From NCBI GenBank assembly GCA_963714455.1, contig CAVQON010000015.1, forward strand, positions 340,694 to 404,693: a stretch of 64,000 nt of DNA, in the 5' to 3' direction. Each line of letters opens with the position of its first letter. The first letter of the stretch is position 1. Under the pieces are notes generated by a model. The model was not told the DNA's origin. It searched no databases and saw only the letters and a program-made list of their open reading frames with translations. Positions 1-8,189 of this stretch are shown here, one piece after another. A program made the position numbers and the translations under genes. This DNA is from an uncultured Actinomycetota bacterium. GTDB lineage: Bacteria > Actinomycetota > Actinomycetes > Jiangellales > Jiangellaceae.

Positions 1-104
1 GCCTTGATCGCGAAGCCACCCAGGTCGGAGGCGGAGAACCCCTTCAGGGAGCCGAGCAGACGACCGACGGGGGTCCGTGCCCCGGCCACGATGACGCTGG
101 ACAT
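1..104 (-). CDS. acetyl-CoA C-acetyltransferase (thiolase), N-terminal fragment running off the window edge
   Basis: Reverse complement reads [34 protein letters not shown], a canonical thiolase N-terminus. ATG at 102-104 is preceded by GAGAGGAG. Absent from the ORF track because it is truncated. Confidence 0.75.
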   Translation of the reverse strand, partial: MSSVIVAGARTPVGRLLGSLKGFSASDLGGFAIK

Positions 105-172
105 GGTGCTCCTCTCACGGCGCTGGGCGCACGCGACGACTTCAGACAGGGACTGCCGGTCACGATACCCAG

Positions 173-186
173 GGCGTCCGGACGCC
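173..186. promoter_or_regulatory. 14-bp perfect palindrome GGCGTCCGGACGCC in the thiolase/epimerase divergent spacer (candidate operator)
   Basis: Exact self-complementary 14-mer read directly. It is followed by two copies of CCGAAAGAC at 210-218 and 225-233. Confidence 0.35.
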
Positions 187-257
187 GGAAGTGATCCTGC
201 TCACGCACACCGAAAGACCCATGGCCGAAAGACGTACTCGTTTGCTTTGATCAGCAC

Positions 258-725
258 ATGACCGACCCCGCCCAGCCTGGGCTGTCCTCGCTGTTCACCC
301 GGATCGACCACGTCGGCGTGGCCGTCGCCGACCTGGACGAGGCGATGGAGTTCTACCAGCGCGCCTACGGCATGACCGTTGCGCACGAAGAGGTCAACGA
401 GGAGCAGGGGGTGCGCGAGGCCATGGTGTCGGTCACCGGCTCCGGCGGCCCCTACATCCAGCTGCTCGCGCCCCTCACGCCGGAGTCGACGATCGCGAAG
501 TTTCTCGACCGGTCCGGCCCGGGCATGCAGCAGCTCGCCTACGGCGTGGACGACATCGACGCCGTCTGCGCGACCCTGCGCGAGCGCGGTGTGCGGCTTC
601 TCTACCCCGAGCCCAAGCGGGGCACGTCGAACTCACGCGTCAACTTCGTCCACCCGAAGGACGCCGGCGGCATCCTCGTCGAGCTCGTCGAGTCCGCGCC
701 CGAGTCCACCGCCGCGCACGCCTAG
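258..725 (+). CDS. mce: methylmalonyl-CoA epimerase (VOC/glyoxalase fold)
   Basis: 155 aa with IDHVGVAVADLD..., STIAKFL, GMQQLAYGVDDID and HPKDAGGILVELVE, as in methylmalonyl-CoA epimerases. Divergent from a thiolase, like Rv1322A/Rv1323. Confidence 0.8.
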   Translation: MTDPAQPGLSSLFTRIDHVGVAVADLDEAMEFYQRAYGMTVAHEEVNEEQGVREAMVSVTGSGGPYIQLLAPLTPESTIAKFLDRSGPGMQQLAYGVDDIDAVCATLRERGVRLLYPEPKRGTSNSRVNFVHPKDAGGILVELVESAPESTAAHA

Positions 726-858
726 ACACCGGCGACACCGGCCCAGCGCGCGACACACGGACGCCGACGCGACGCAGGCGCGTCAATCCCGCCCGAGGCG
801 TCTAGCCTGAGCCTGTCGGCGGAGTGCTGCCGACGTCGGTCGGGGCGAAAGGAACGGC

Positions 859-1809
859 GTGAGCAACGAAGCGGGTCAGGGCGGGCTGTCGATCTTCGAC
901 AACGCGACGCAAGGTGGTTTCCACGTCCGCAGCCGCGGCTACGACCGCGAGCAGGTGGAGCGCTACGTCCGCAAGATCGAGGACCGGCTGAACGCCGCGC
1001 TCGCTCGCTCGGAGGACCGCGGCGACCTGCTCGAGCGGGCCGAGGAGCGCATCGCGGAGCTGTCGGCAGAGATCACCTCGCTCAAGGGCCGCCTCTCCGA
1101 CGCCGAGGGGCGCCTGCGCAACGCCGAGCAGCCCTCGTTCGCGGGGCTCGGCGACCACGTCGCCAACCTGCTCAAGTCGGCCGAGGAGCAGTCGGCGATG
1201 CTGGTGACCACCGCCACCGCTGACACCGAGCGCATGCGCAGCGAGGCCGCGGCGGCGGCTGACAAGGTGCGCAGGGACGCCGACGCCTACTCCGACGCGA
1301 CCCGCGCCGATGCCGACGCGTACTCCGACACGACGCGCACCGACGCCGACGCCTACTCCCAGGCCACCCGCAGCGAGGCCGACGCCGACGCGACCACGGC
1401 CCGCGACGAGGCGACCGCTGACGCCGCCCGCATGCGCCACGAGGCCAACCAGGACGCCACCTCGGCTCGGGTCGCCGCCGTGGAGGAGTCGAAGGCGGTG
1501 CTGGCCGAGGCCCAGGCAGCGGCCATGGCCGTCCGCGCCGCCGCCGACCGCGATGCCGACGAGCAGCGCGAGGCGGCTGCGACGCTGCTGCACGAGGCAC
1601 GCCAACGGGCCGACCACGAGGTCGGGGCCGTCACGGAGGCACTGGCCACGATCAAGTCGCGCCTCGCCGCGTCCGGAGTCGGTGGGGTCACCGCTGCTGC
1701 CCCCACCCCGGCCCCGGCAGCGGGTGCTGCCGATCCCGACGTCGGGGCCTCCGCCGACCCCGACGTCGAAGACACCCAGCTGTTCCCGGCCACACCCAAC
1801 TCGTTCTGA
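859..1809 (+). CDS. FilP/AbpS-like coiled-coil cytoskeletal protein with DivIVA-type N-terminus
   Basis: GTG 859 follows GAAAGGAAC. GFHVRSRGYDREQVERYV and EQPSFAGLGDHVANLLKSAEEQS parallel Streptomyces FilP/AbpS. The remainder is Ala/Asp/Arg-rich with 11-residue periodicity and high GC3. Confidence 0.75.
   Translation: MSNEAGQGGLSIFDNATQGGFHVRSRGYDREQVERYVRKIEDRLNAALARSEDRGDLLERAEERIAELSAEITSLKGRLSDAEGRLRNAEQPSFAGLGDHVANLLKSAEEQSAMLVTTATADTERMRSEAAAAADKVRRDADAYSDATRADADAYSDTTRTDADAYSQATRSEADADATTARDEATADAARMRHEANQDATSARVAAVEESKAVLAEAQAAAMAVRAAADRDADEQREAAATLLHEARQRADHEVGAVTEALATIKSRLAASGVGGVTAAAPTPAPAAGAADPDVGASADPDVEDTQLFPATPNSF
1276..1407 (+). repeat. in-frame 33-nt tandem repeat (3 near-identical units plus 1 degenerate) inside the FilP-like gene
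   Basis: Units at 1276-1308, 1309-1341 and 1342-1374 encode DADAYSDATRA / DADAYSDTTRT / DADAYSQATRS. A fourth, degenerate unit encodes EADADATTARD. Confidence 0.9.
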
Positions 1810-1854
1810 GACCACCACGACCGCCGCGCACGCCCGCGCGGGCCAGCGGGGCCG

Positions 1855-2607
1855 CTACGGCGACCCGAGCTCGTTGAACGTCTCGTAGGGCCCGTCCCAC
1901 TGCGTGGCCAGGGGCAAGGCCTCGGGTGCGACGGCGGCGAGCACCTCCTCCAGCACGCGGCGCACCGAGGGCTCGCCCACCCACAGGTGGCGCGCCCCGT
2001 CGACGGCCACCACCTCGGCCTGGGGCACCCGGGCGAAACGCTCACGAGCCTGCGGTGGGCGCAGAAAGTCGTCGAGCTCGGGCACGACCGCTCGCACCGG
2101 ACGTCCGTCGGCCGCCCAGGCGTCCAGGTGGTGGGGCTGGGTGAAGCGCAGCGGCGGGCTGAGAAGAACAGCGCCGAGCACGGACGGGTCCAGCCCGTGC
2201 ATGAGGGCAAGGTCGGTGCCGAACGACCAGCCCAGAAGCCATCGGCGGGGCAGGTCGTGGAACTCCGCGTACTCGATCGCTGCCGCGACGTCGAAGCGCT
2301 CGTCCCCTGCAGCGTCGAAGGACCCGTGCGACGTCCCCTCCCGGCTGGAGGTGCCGCGCGTGTTGAACCGGAGCACGGCGACGTCGGCCAGTGCCGGCAG
2401 CCGCCACGCCGCCTTGCGCAGCACGTGGCTGTCCATCGAGCCGCCGTGGGTGGGCAACGGGTGCAGGCAGATCAGCGTCGCGCGCGGCTCGGTGTCGGCG
2501 GGCAGGGCGATCTCACCCACGAGGCTCAGGCCGTCTGCGGTGTGCAGGGTCACCGCTTCGCGACGGGCGGGCAGGATCGTCCCCGCCCTGATCTGCACGC
2601 CGGTCAT
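1855..2607 (-). CDS. alpha/beta hydrolase
   Basis: 250 aa from ATG 2605-2607, preceded by GGAGGCC. GWSFG nucleophile elbow and typical alpha/beta hydrolase layout. The longer start in the track lies upstream of the RBS inside the neighbouring gene. Confidence 0.75.
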   Translation of the reverse strand: MTGVQIRAGTILPARREAVTLHTADGLSLVGEIALPADTEPRATLICLHPLPTHGGSMDSHVLRKAAWRLPALADVAVLRFNTRGTSSREGTSHGSFDAAGDERFDVAAAIEYAEFHDLPRRWLLGWSFGTDLALMHGLDPSVLGAVLLSPPLRFTQPHHLDAWAADGRPVRAVVPELDDFLRPPQARERFARVPQAEVVAVDGARHLWVGEPSVRRVLEEVLAAVAPEALPLATQWDGPYETFNELGSP

Positions 2608-2897
2608 CGCGGTGGCCTCCTGGTGTGGCGTCCTCGCCAGCATGAAGTGTGCCAGTGCCGACGCTCGTCGAGCCCGCCGCCGGACAGCGTGGAGCCCTGC
2701 ACCGGCCAGGCGACGACGTGCGGGGTCGCCGGCGGGATGAGCTGGTCGCACCCCGGGCAGCGGTAGGGCTTGGTCGAGGACGACCCCGTGATCGAGCGCA
2801 CGACCCAGTCACCGTCGGGGCCGTGCTCGATCGACTCGGCGGCACCCGCGGGGCGGCCGGGACCGCTGCGTCGCCGTGGCGGGCGACGACGCGACAT
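2604..2897 (-). CDS. small conserved Cys/His-cluster protein (putative zinc-binding), function unknown
   Basis: 97 aa with an Arg-rich N-terminus. YRCPGCDQ ... HVVAW ... RRHWHTSCW. ATGA overlaps at both ends (2894-2897 region and 2604-2607). High GC3. Confidence 0.6.
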   Translation of the reverse strand: MSRRRPPRRRSGPGRPAGAAESIEHGPDGDWVVRSITGSSSTKPYRCPGCDQLIPPATPHVVAWPVQGSTLSGGGLDERRHWHTSCWRGRHTRRPPR

Positions 2898-4675
2898 CAG
2901 GCCGAGTAGTCCTTGAACCCGCGCTTGGTCTTGCGGCCCAGGTAGCCGGCGGTCACGAGGTGCTCCAGAAGCGGCGCCGGCTTCCAGCCGGAGGCCCGGA
3001 ACTCCGAGTACAGGCGCTGCTGGATGGCCAGGGACACGTCGAGCCCGACGACGTCGAGCAGCGTGAACGGGCCCATGGGCAGCGAGCAGCCGACCTTCAT
3101 GGCCGTGTCGATGTCGTCGATCGTCGCGTAGTGCGCCTCGAGCATGGTCACGGCGTCGTTGAGGTAGGGGAACAGCAGGGCGTTGACGATGAAGCCGGCC
3201 CGGTCGCTGCACGTCACCGCGACCTTGCGCGTCTGCTTGCACAGCGCGCGGACGGTGCGCGCCACCTCTTCGTCGGTCGAGACGGTGGTGACGACCTCGA
3301 CGAGCTTCATGATCGGCGCGGGGTTGAAGAAGTGCATGCCGATCACGTCCTGGGGACGCGAGGTGACCGCGGCGCACTCGATCACCGGCAACGACGAGGT
3401 GGTCGTGGCCAGGATGGCGCCAGGCTTGCAGATGCGGTCCAGGTCGACGAAGAGCTGCTGCTTGATGGAGAGCTCTTCGGCGATGGCCTCCACGACGAGG
3501 TCGACGTCGGACAGCGACTCCCGCTCCGCGGAGGTGGTGATGCGCGCGAGGATCTCGTCGCGCACCGACTCCTCGAGCCGACCCTTGGACACAGCCCGGT
3601 TCAGTGACTTCTCCACCGCGCCCTTGGCCTTCGTGGCCTTCTCGTCGCTGCGTGCGACCAGCAGCGTGTCGTATCCGGCCTTGGCGAAGACCTCGGCGAT
3701 GCCGGTCGCCATCGTCCCTGATCCCACGACACCGACCGACGACACCGGCCGCGTGCTGCCGGCCTCCCCGCCCGAGCTGGGAGTCATGGCGTCGGCCACC
3801 ATCGTGGACGAGCCGGGGGCCTCGTAGGTGTAGAAGCCCGCGCCCACCTTTCGTCCGGTCAGGCCGGCGGCCACCATGTGCTTGAGCAACGGGGCCGGGG
3901 AGTGCAGACGGTCACCGGAACGCTGGTACATCGTCTCGAGCCCCTCGTAGGCGGTGTCGAGGCCGATGAGGTCGAGCAGGGCCAACGGCCCCATGGGGTA
4001 TCCGCAGCCGTAGATCATCGCTGCGTCGATGTCTTCGCGGGTGGCGTACTTGCTCTCCAGCATGGTCACGGCGTGGTTGAGGTAGCCGAACAGCAGGGCG
4101 TTCGCGATGAAGCCCGGGCTGTCGTCGCAGACCACCGGCTGCTTGCCGAGTCGTTCAGCCAGCGCCACGACGTCCTCGACGACATCAGGCTCGGTCACGA
4201 CGGTGCGCACGATCTCCATGAAGGGCTGCACGGGCGCCGGGTTGAAGAACTGCATGCCGATCACCTGCTGCGGACGCCCGGTTCCCACCGACAGCTCGGT
4301 CACCGACAGCGCCGAGGCCTGGGTGCCGAGGATGGCGTCGTGCGGCAGCAGGTCGTTCAGCTCGCGCAGCGCAGCGACCTTGAGCGCCAGGTTCTCCGGG
4401 AGCGCCTCGATGACGAGCGGGCAGTCAGCCACCGCCGACAGCTGTGCCGACATCGTGACGCGTCCGAGCAGCTCGGTGCGCTCGTCCGCGGAGATCTTCT
4501 CGCCGTCGACGGCACGCTGGGTCGAGGCCTCGATCATCGCGCGCGCCCGCGCCGTGGCCTCGTCGTCCACCTCGACTCCGACCACCTCGACACCGTGACG
4601 GGCAAGCACCTCGGCGATGCCCGTCCCCATGGTGCCCAGCCCGACAACTCCTACCTTCGTGAAATCCCTGGCCAT
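2897..4675 (-). CDS. tandem (duplicated) 3-hydroxyacyl-CoA dehydrogenase
   Basis: 592 aa comprising two complete HADH modules. Rossmann motifs [11 protein letters not shown] and [11 protein letters not shown]. The xFFNPAP motif occurs twice ([18 protein letters not shown]), and each module has its own C-terminal dimerisation domain. Confidence 0.85.
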   Translation of the reverse strand: MARDFTKVGVVGLGTMGTGIAEVLARHGVEVVGVEVDDEATARARAMIEASTQRAVDGEKISADERTELLGRVTMSAQLSAVADCPLVIEALPENLALKVAALRELNDLLPHDAILGTQASALSVTELSVGTGRPQQVIGMQFFNPAPVQPFMEIVRTVVTEPDVVEDVVALAERLGKQPVVCDDSPGFIANALLFGYLNHAVTMLESKYATREDIDAAMIYGCGYPMGPLALLDLIGLDTAYEGLETMYQRSGDRLHSPAPLLKHMVAAGLTGRKVGAGFYTYEAPGSSTMVADAMTPSSGGEAGSTRPVSSVGVVGSGTMATGIAEVFAKAGYDTLLVARSDEKATKAKGAVEKSLNRAVSKGRLEESVRDEILARITTSAERESLSDVDLVVEAIAEELSIKQQLFVDLDRICKPGAILATTTSSLPVIECAAVTSRPQDVIGMHFFNPAPIMKLVEVVTTVSTDEEVARTVRALCKQTRKVAVTCSDRAGFIVNALLFPYLNDAVTMLEAHYATIDDIDTAMKVGCSLPMGPFTLLDVVGLDVSLAIQQRLYSEFRASGWKPAPLLEHLVTAGYLGRKTKRGFKDYSA

Positions 4676-4743
4676 GGGGGCAGTCTGGCACGAGCACGCG
4701 GTGGCTCGGGGGTGAGGTTGCCCACCCGGTAACGTTGCGCGGC

Positions 4744-5418
4744 GTGCGGCTGGTGGTGGCGAGGTGCGAGGTGGACTACGCCGGACGCCTCTCGGCCTAC
4801 CTGGCCCCGGCGGTGCGCCTGCTGCTGGTCAAGGCCGACGGCTCCGTCTCGGTGCACGCCGACGACCGGGCCTACAAGCCGCTGAACTGGATGAGCCCGC
4901 CGGCACGGCTGGAGATCACCGAGGGCGCCGACGAGACGTCGGTGTGGACGGTGACCAACCCGGCCGGGGAGACGCTGCGCATCACGCTGCACGAGGTGCT
5001 GCACGACAGCACACACGAGCTGGGGCTCGACCCCGGGCTGGTCAAGGACGGCGTCGAGGCCCATCTCCAGCGTCTGCTGGCCGAGCACGTCGCGACCCTG
5101 GGTGACGGGTGGCGCCTGGTGCGCCGCGAGTACCCGACGCCCATCGGCCCGGTCGACCTGCTGTGCCGCGACGCCGACGACGTCACCGTGGCCGTCGAGG
5201 TCAAGCGCCGTGGCGAGATCGACGGCGTCGAGCAGCTCACCCGCTACCTCGACCTGCTCAACCGCGACCCGCTCCTCGCCCCGGTGCGCGGAGTGCTGGC
5301 AGCCCAGGAGATCAAGCCGCAGGCCCGCACGCTGGCCCGCGACCGGGGCATCGGCTGCACAGTGATCGACTACGACGCGCTGCGCGGCCTGGACGACCCG
5401 ACCTCACGGTTGTTCTGA
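4744..5418 (+). CDS. nucS: endonuclease NucS (EndoMS, non-canonical mismatch repair)
   Basis: [20 protein letters not shown]... plus a C-terminal nuclease core DLLCRD...VAVEVKRR. I prefer GTG 4744 to the track's TTG 4735. Position matches Rv1321. Confidence 0.9.
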   Translation: MRLVVARCEVDYAGRLSAYLAPAVRLLLVKADGSVSVHADDRAYKPLNWMSPPARLEITEGADETSVWTVTNPAGETLRITLHEVLHDSTHELGLDPGLVKDGVEAHLQRLLAEHVATLGDGWRLVRREYPTPIGPVDLLCRDADDVTVAVEVKRRGEIDGVEQLTRYLDLLNRDPLLAPVRGVLAAQEIKPQARTLARDRGIGCTVIDYDALRGLDDPTSRLF

Positions 5419-6395
5419 TGCGCGTCGAGGTGCTGGGAGCCGGTGTCGTCGGTCTGAGCACGGCGCTCGCCCTCTGCCAGGACGGCCACCAGGTGACCGT
5501 GCGCGCGGCGCAGGTCGGTGACGCCACGACGTCGTCGGTCGCCGCGGCTCTCTGGTACCCGTACCTGGCCGCACCCGCCGACGCGACTCGGCGCTGGGGC
5601 GCGGTGACCTACGACGTGCTGACGCGGCTGGCGGACGCAGACGCCTCCGCCGGCGTCGATGTGCGCGCCGGGGTGGAGCTGACCCACGGCGGTCCGCCAC
5701 CGGACTGGGCCGCCGACGTCGCGGGCTTCGCCGCACTCGACACCACCGTCGGGTACCACCACGGCGACGGCACGCCGGCGGAGCACGGCTGGACGTTTCG
5801 CGCACCGGTGGCCGACATGACCCGCTACCTGCCGTGGCTGGCCGAGCAGGTGCTCGCTGCCGGCGGGCGGATCGACCGCTGCGACCCCATCGGACCGGGC
5901 GACCTGCAGCAGGTCACCTCCGGCACACAGGTGCGGGTGCTGTGCACCGGCCTGGGCAGCCACGGGCTCACCGGTGACCACGGCGTCCGTCCGGTGCGCG
6001 GGCAGGTGGTGCTGCTGGAGCAGGTCGGCGTGGACACCTGGGTGCTCGACGAGGCCGACGACCCGCAGCGACCCACCTACGTGGTCCCGCGTCGCGACGT
6101 GGTCGTGTGCGGCGGGACGGCGCTGCCCGACCGGTGGGACGACGCCGTCGACGACGAGACGACTCTCGACATCCTGCGCCGGTGCCGGACGCTGGTGCCG
6201 GCACTGCGCGACGCGCGGGTGCGCGGGGTGCGGGTCGGGCTGCGCCCCGTGCGTCCGCAGGTACGCCTGGATCGAGACGACTCGCTCGGTCCGGACGGGA
6301 TCGCCACGATCGCCTGCTACGGGCACGGCGGCGCCGGCGTGACGCTGTCGTGGGGGTGCGCCCGCGAGGTGGCCGCGATCGTCGGGTCGCTGTAG
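5418..6395 (+). CDS. FAD-dependent oxidoreductase, D-amino-acid oxidase family
   Basis: ATG 5418 shares one nucleotide with the nuc[23 protein letters not shown] dinucleotide fold and C-terminal YGHGGAGVTLSWG. The upstream part of track ORF 5109.. lies inside nucS. Confidence 0.75.
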   Translation: MRVEVLGAGVVGLSTALALCQDGHQVTVRAAQVGDATTSSVAAALWYPYLAAPADATRRWGAVTYDVLTRLADADASAGVDVRAGVELTHGGPPPDWAADVAGFAALDTTVGYHHGDGTPAEHGWTFRAPVADMTRYLPWLAEQVLAAGGRIDRCDPIGPGDLQQVTSGTQVRVLCTGLGSHGLTGDHGVRPVRGQVVLLEQVGVDTWVLDEADDPQRPTYVVPRRDVVVCGGTALPDRWDDAVDDETTLDILRRCRTLVPALRDARVRGVRVGLRPVRPQVRLDRDDSLGPDGIATIACYGHGGAGVTLSWGCAREVAAIVGSL

Positions 6396-6412
6396 CCGCC
6401 TCGGCGAGCCGC

Positions 6413-6434
6413 GTGTCCACCGATCGGTGGACAC
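6413..6434. promoter_or_regulatory. 22-bp perfect palindrome GTGTCCACCGATCGGTGGACAC (operator and/or terminator hairpin)
   Basis: Exact self-complement read directly. It lies 18 nt after the oxidase stop and 56 nt before the ABC ATPase ATG. Confidence 0.45.
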
Positions 6435-6489
6435 ACCTCTGTCCGCCTGGACGTGGCCCCGCGCCTGCTGCTGCGGCCATGCTGGACCC

Positions 6490-7356
6490 ATGACGACGAC
6501 ATCGACGCAGCGCGAGGCCCCGGTTCGGGTGGCAGGCTTGCGCAAGGCCTACGGCGGCACCCCCGCCGTCGACGGCATCGACCTCGACATCCACGCCGGC
6601 GAGGTCTTCGCCCTTCTCGGCCCGAACGGGGCCGGCAAGACAACCACCGTCGAGATGCTCGAGGGCTACCGCCGCCGCGACGCCGGCACGGTGAGCGTGC
6701 TCGGGGTCGACCCGTCGCACCCGACGCCGACGTGGCGCAGCCAGATCGGGATCGTCCTGCAGTCCAGCAGCGGCAGCGACGAGCTGACCGTCGACGAGCT
6801 CGTGCACCACTACGCCGGCTACTACCCGAACGCCCGCGAGCCCGACGAGGTGATCGCTGCAGTTGGACTGACTGCCAAGCGGCGCACCCGCTCGCGACAC
6901 CTGTCCGGTGGGCAACGGCGCCGCCTCGACGTCGCCCTGGGCATCCTCGGCCGCCCCCGACTGCTGTTCCTCGACGAGCCGACGACAGGGTTCGACCCCG
7001 AGGCGCGCCGTGAGTTCTGGGACCTGATCGACGGCCTCGCCGACGATCACGGCACCACCATCGTGCTCACCACGCACTACCTCGACGAGGCGGAGCACCT
7101 CGCCGACCGCGTGGCGGTGATCGTCGACGGCCGGATCGTCGCCGTTGACGCCCCGGCGCTGCTCGCCGGTCGCGAGCGGGAGTCGGCCACCGTGCGGTGG
7201 CTGGAGGACGGCGCGATGCGCAGCGTGCGCAGCGAGGTGCCCACCCGCACCGTGCACGAGCTGGCCGGCCGCTTCGACGGCGAGGTGCCCGGCCTCGAGG
7301 TCTCGCGTCCCAGCCTCGAAGATACGTACCTGCGACTGATCGGAGAGCAGCGATGA
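6490..7356 (+). CDS. ABC transporter ATP-binding protein
   Basis: Walker A GPNGAGKTT, signature LSGGQRRRL, Walker B LLFLDEPT. ATG 6490 gives MTTTSTQREAPVRVAGLRKAYG. Confidence 0.9.
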   Translation: MTTTSTQREAPVRVAGLRKAYGGTPAVDGIDLDIHAGEVFALLGPNGAGKTTTVEMLEGYRRRDAGTVSVLGVDPSHPTPTWRSQIGIVLQSSSGSDELTVDELVHHYAGYYPNAREPDEVIAAVGLTAKRRTRSRHLSGGQRRRLDVALGILGRPRLLFLDEPTTGFDPEARREFWDLIDGLADDHGTTIVLTTHYLDEAEHLADRVAVIVDGRIVAVDAPALLAGRERESATVRWLEDGAMRSVRSEVPTRTVHELAGRFDGEVPGLEVSRPSLEDTYLRLIGEQR

Positions 7357-8189
7357 GCCCCAGCACACGCACGGACACTTCTGCCGAGACCCGCCTGCCC
7401 TCAGTGGCTCGGGTCGGCCTGGCACGCACCCGCCTGGAGCTCACGGCGTTCTTCCGCGAGAAGGACGCGCTGATCTGGACCCTGCTCTACCCGATCGTGC
7501 TGCTGGCGATCTTCGGGTCGGTGTTCGACCAGGAGATCGCGCCGGGGGTCTCGTTCTCGCAGTACTTCCTCGCCGGGATGATCGCCACCGGCCTGATGCT
7601 GGTCTCGTTCCAGCAGCTGGCCATCGGGATCGCCCTGGAGCGCGACGACGGCACACTGAAGCGTCTCGAGGGAACGCCGATGCCCCGTGCGGCCTACTTC
7701 ATCGGAAAGATCGGCATGGTGCTGGTGACCGCCGTCGCACAGATCACGCTGCTGCTCGTCGTCGCCGTGCTGTTCTTCGACATCGAGCTCCCGACCGACT
7801 CGTCGTCGTGGGCAACCTTCGCCTGGGTGTCAGTGCTGGGGATCACCAGCGGCACGCTGCTCGGGGTCGCGTTCTCGTCGATACCGCGCTCGGGCAAGTC
7901 GGCAGCGGCCGTCGTCACTCCCCCGCTGCTCATCCTTCAGTTCATCTCCGGCGTCTTCTTCGTCTTCACCCAGCTTCCCACCTGGATGCAGACCGTCGCG
8001 TCGCTGTTCCCGCTGAAGTGGATGGCCCAGGGCATGCGCTCGGTGTTCCTGCCCGACTACTTCGCCGCCGAGGAGGCTGCGGGAAGCTGGCAGCTGGGTC
8101 TGGTCGCGCTGGTGCTGGTGGCCTGGACCATCGGTGGCCTCGTGCTGGCACTCACCACCTTCCGCTGGCGCCGGCGGGACGACGGATGA
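7353..8189 (+). CDS. ABC-2 type transporter permease
   Basis: ATGA overlap with the ATPase stop. 278 aa with about six hydrophobic segments and an ABC-2 style sequence. Confidence 0.85.
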   Translation: MSPSTRTDTSAETRLPSVARVGLARTRLELTAFFREKDALIWTLLYPIVLLAIFGSVFDQEIAPGVSFSQYFLAGMIATGLMLVSFQQLAIGIALERDDGTLKRLEGTPMPRAAYFIGKIGMVLVTAVAQITLLLVVAVLFFDIELPTDSSSWATFAWVSVLGITSGTLLGVAFSSIPRSGKSAAAVVTPPLLILQFISGVFFVFTQLPTWMQTVASLFPLKWMAQGMRSVFLPDYFAAEEAAGSWQLGLVALVLVAWTIGGLVLALTTFRWRRRDDG

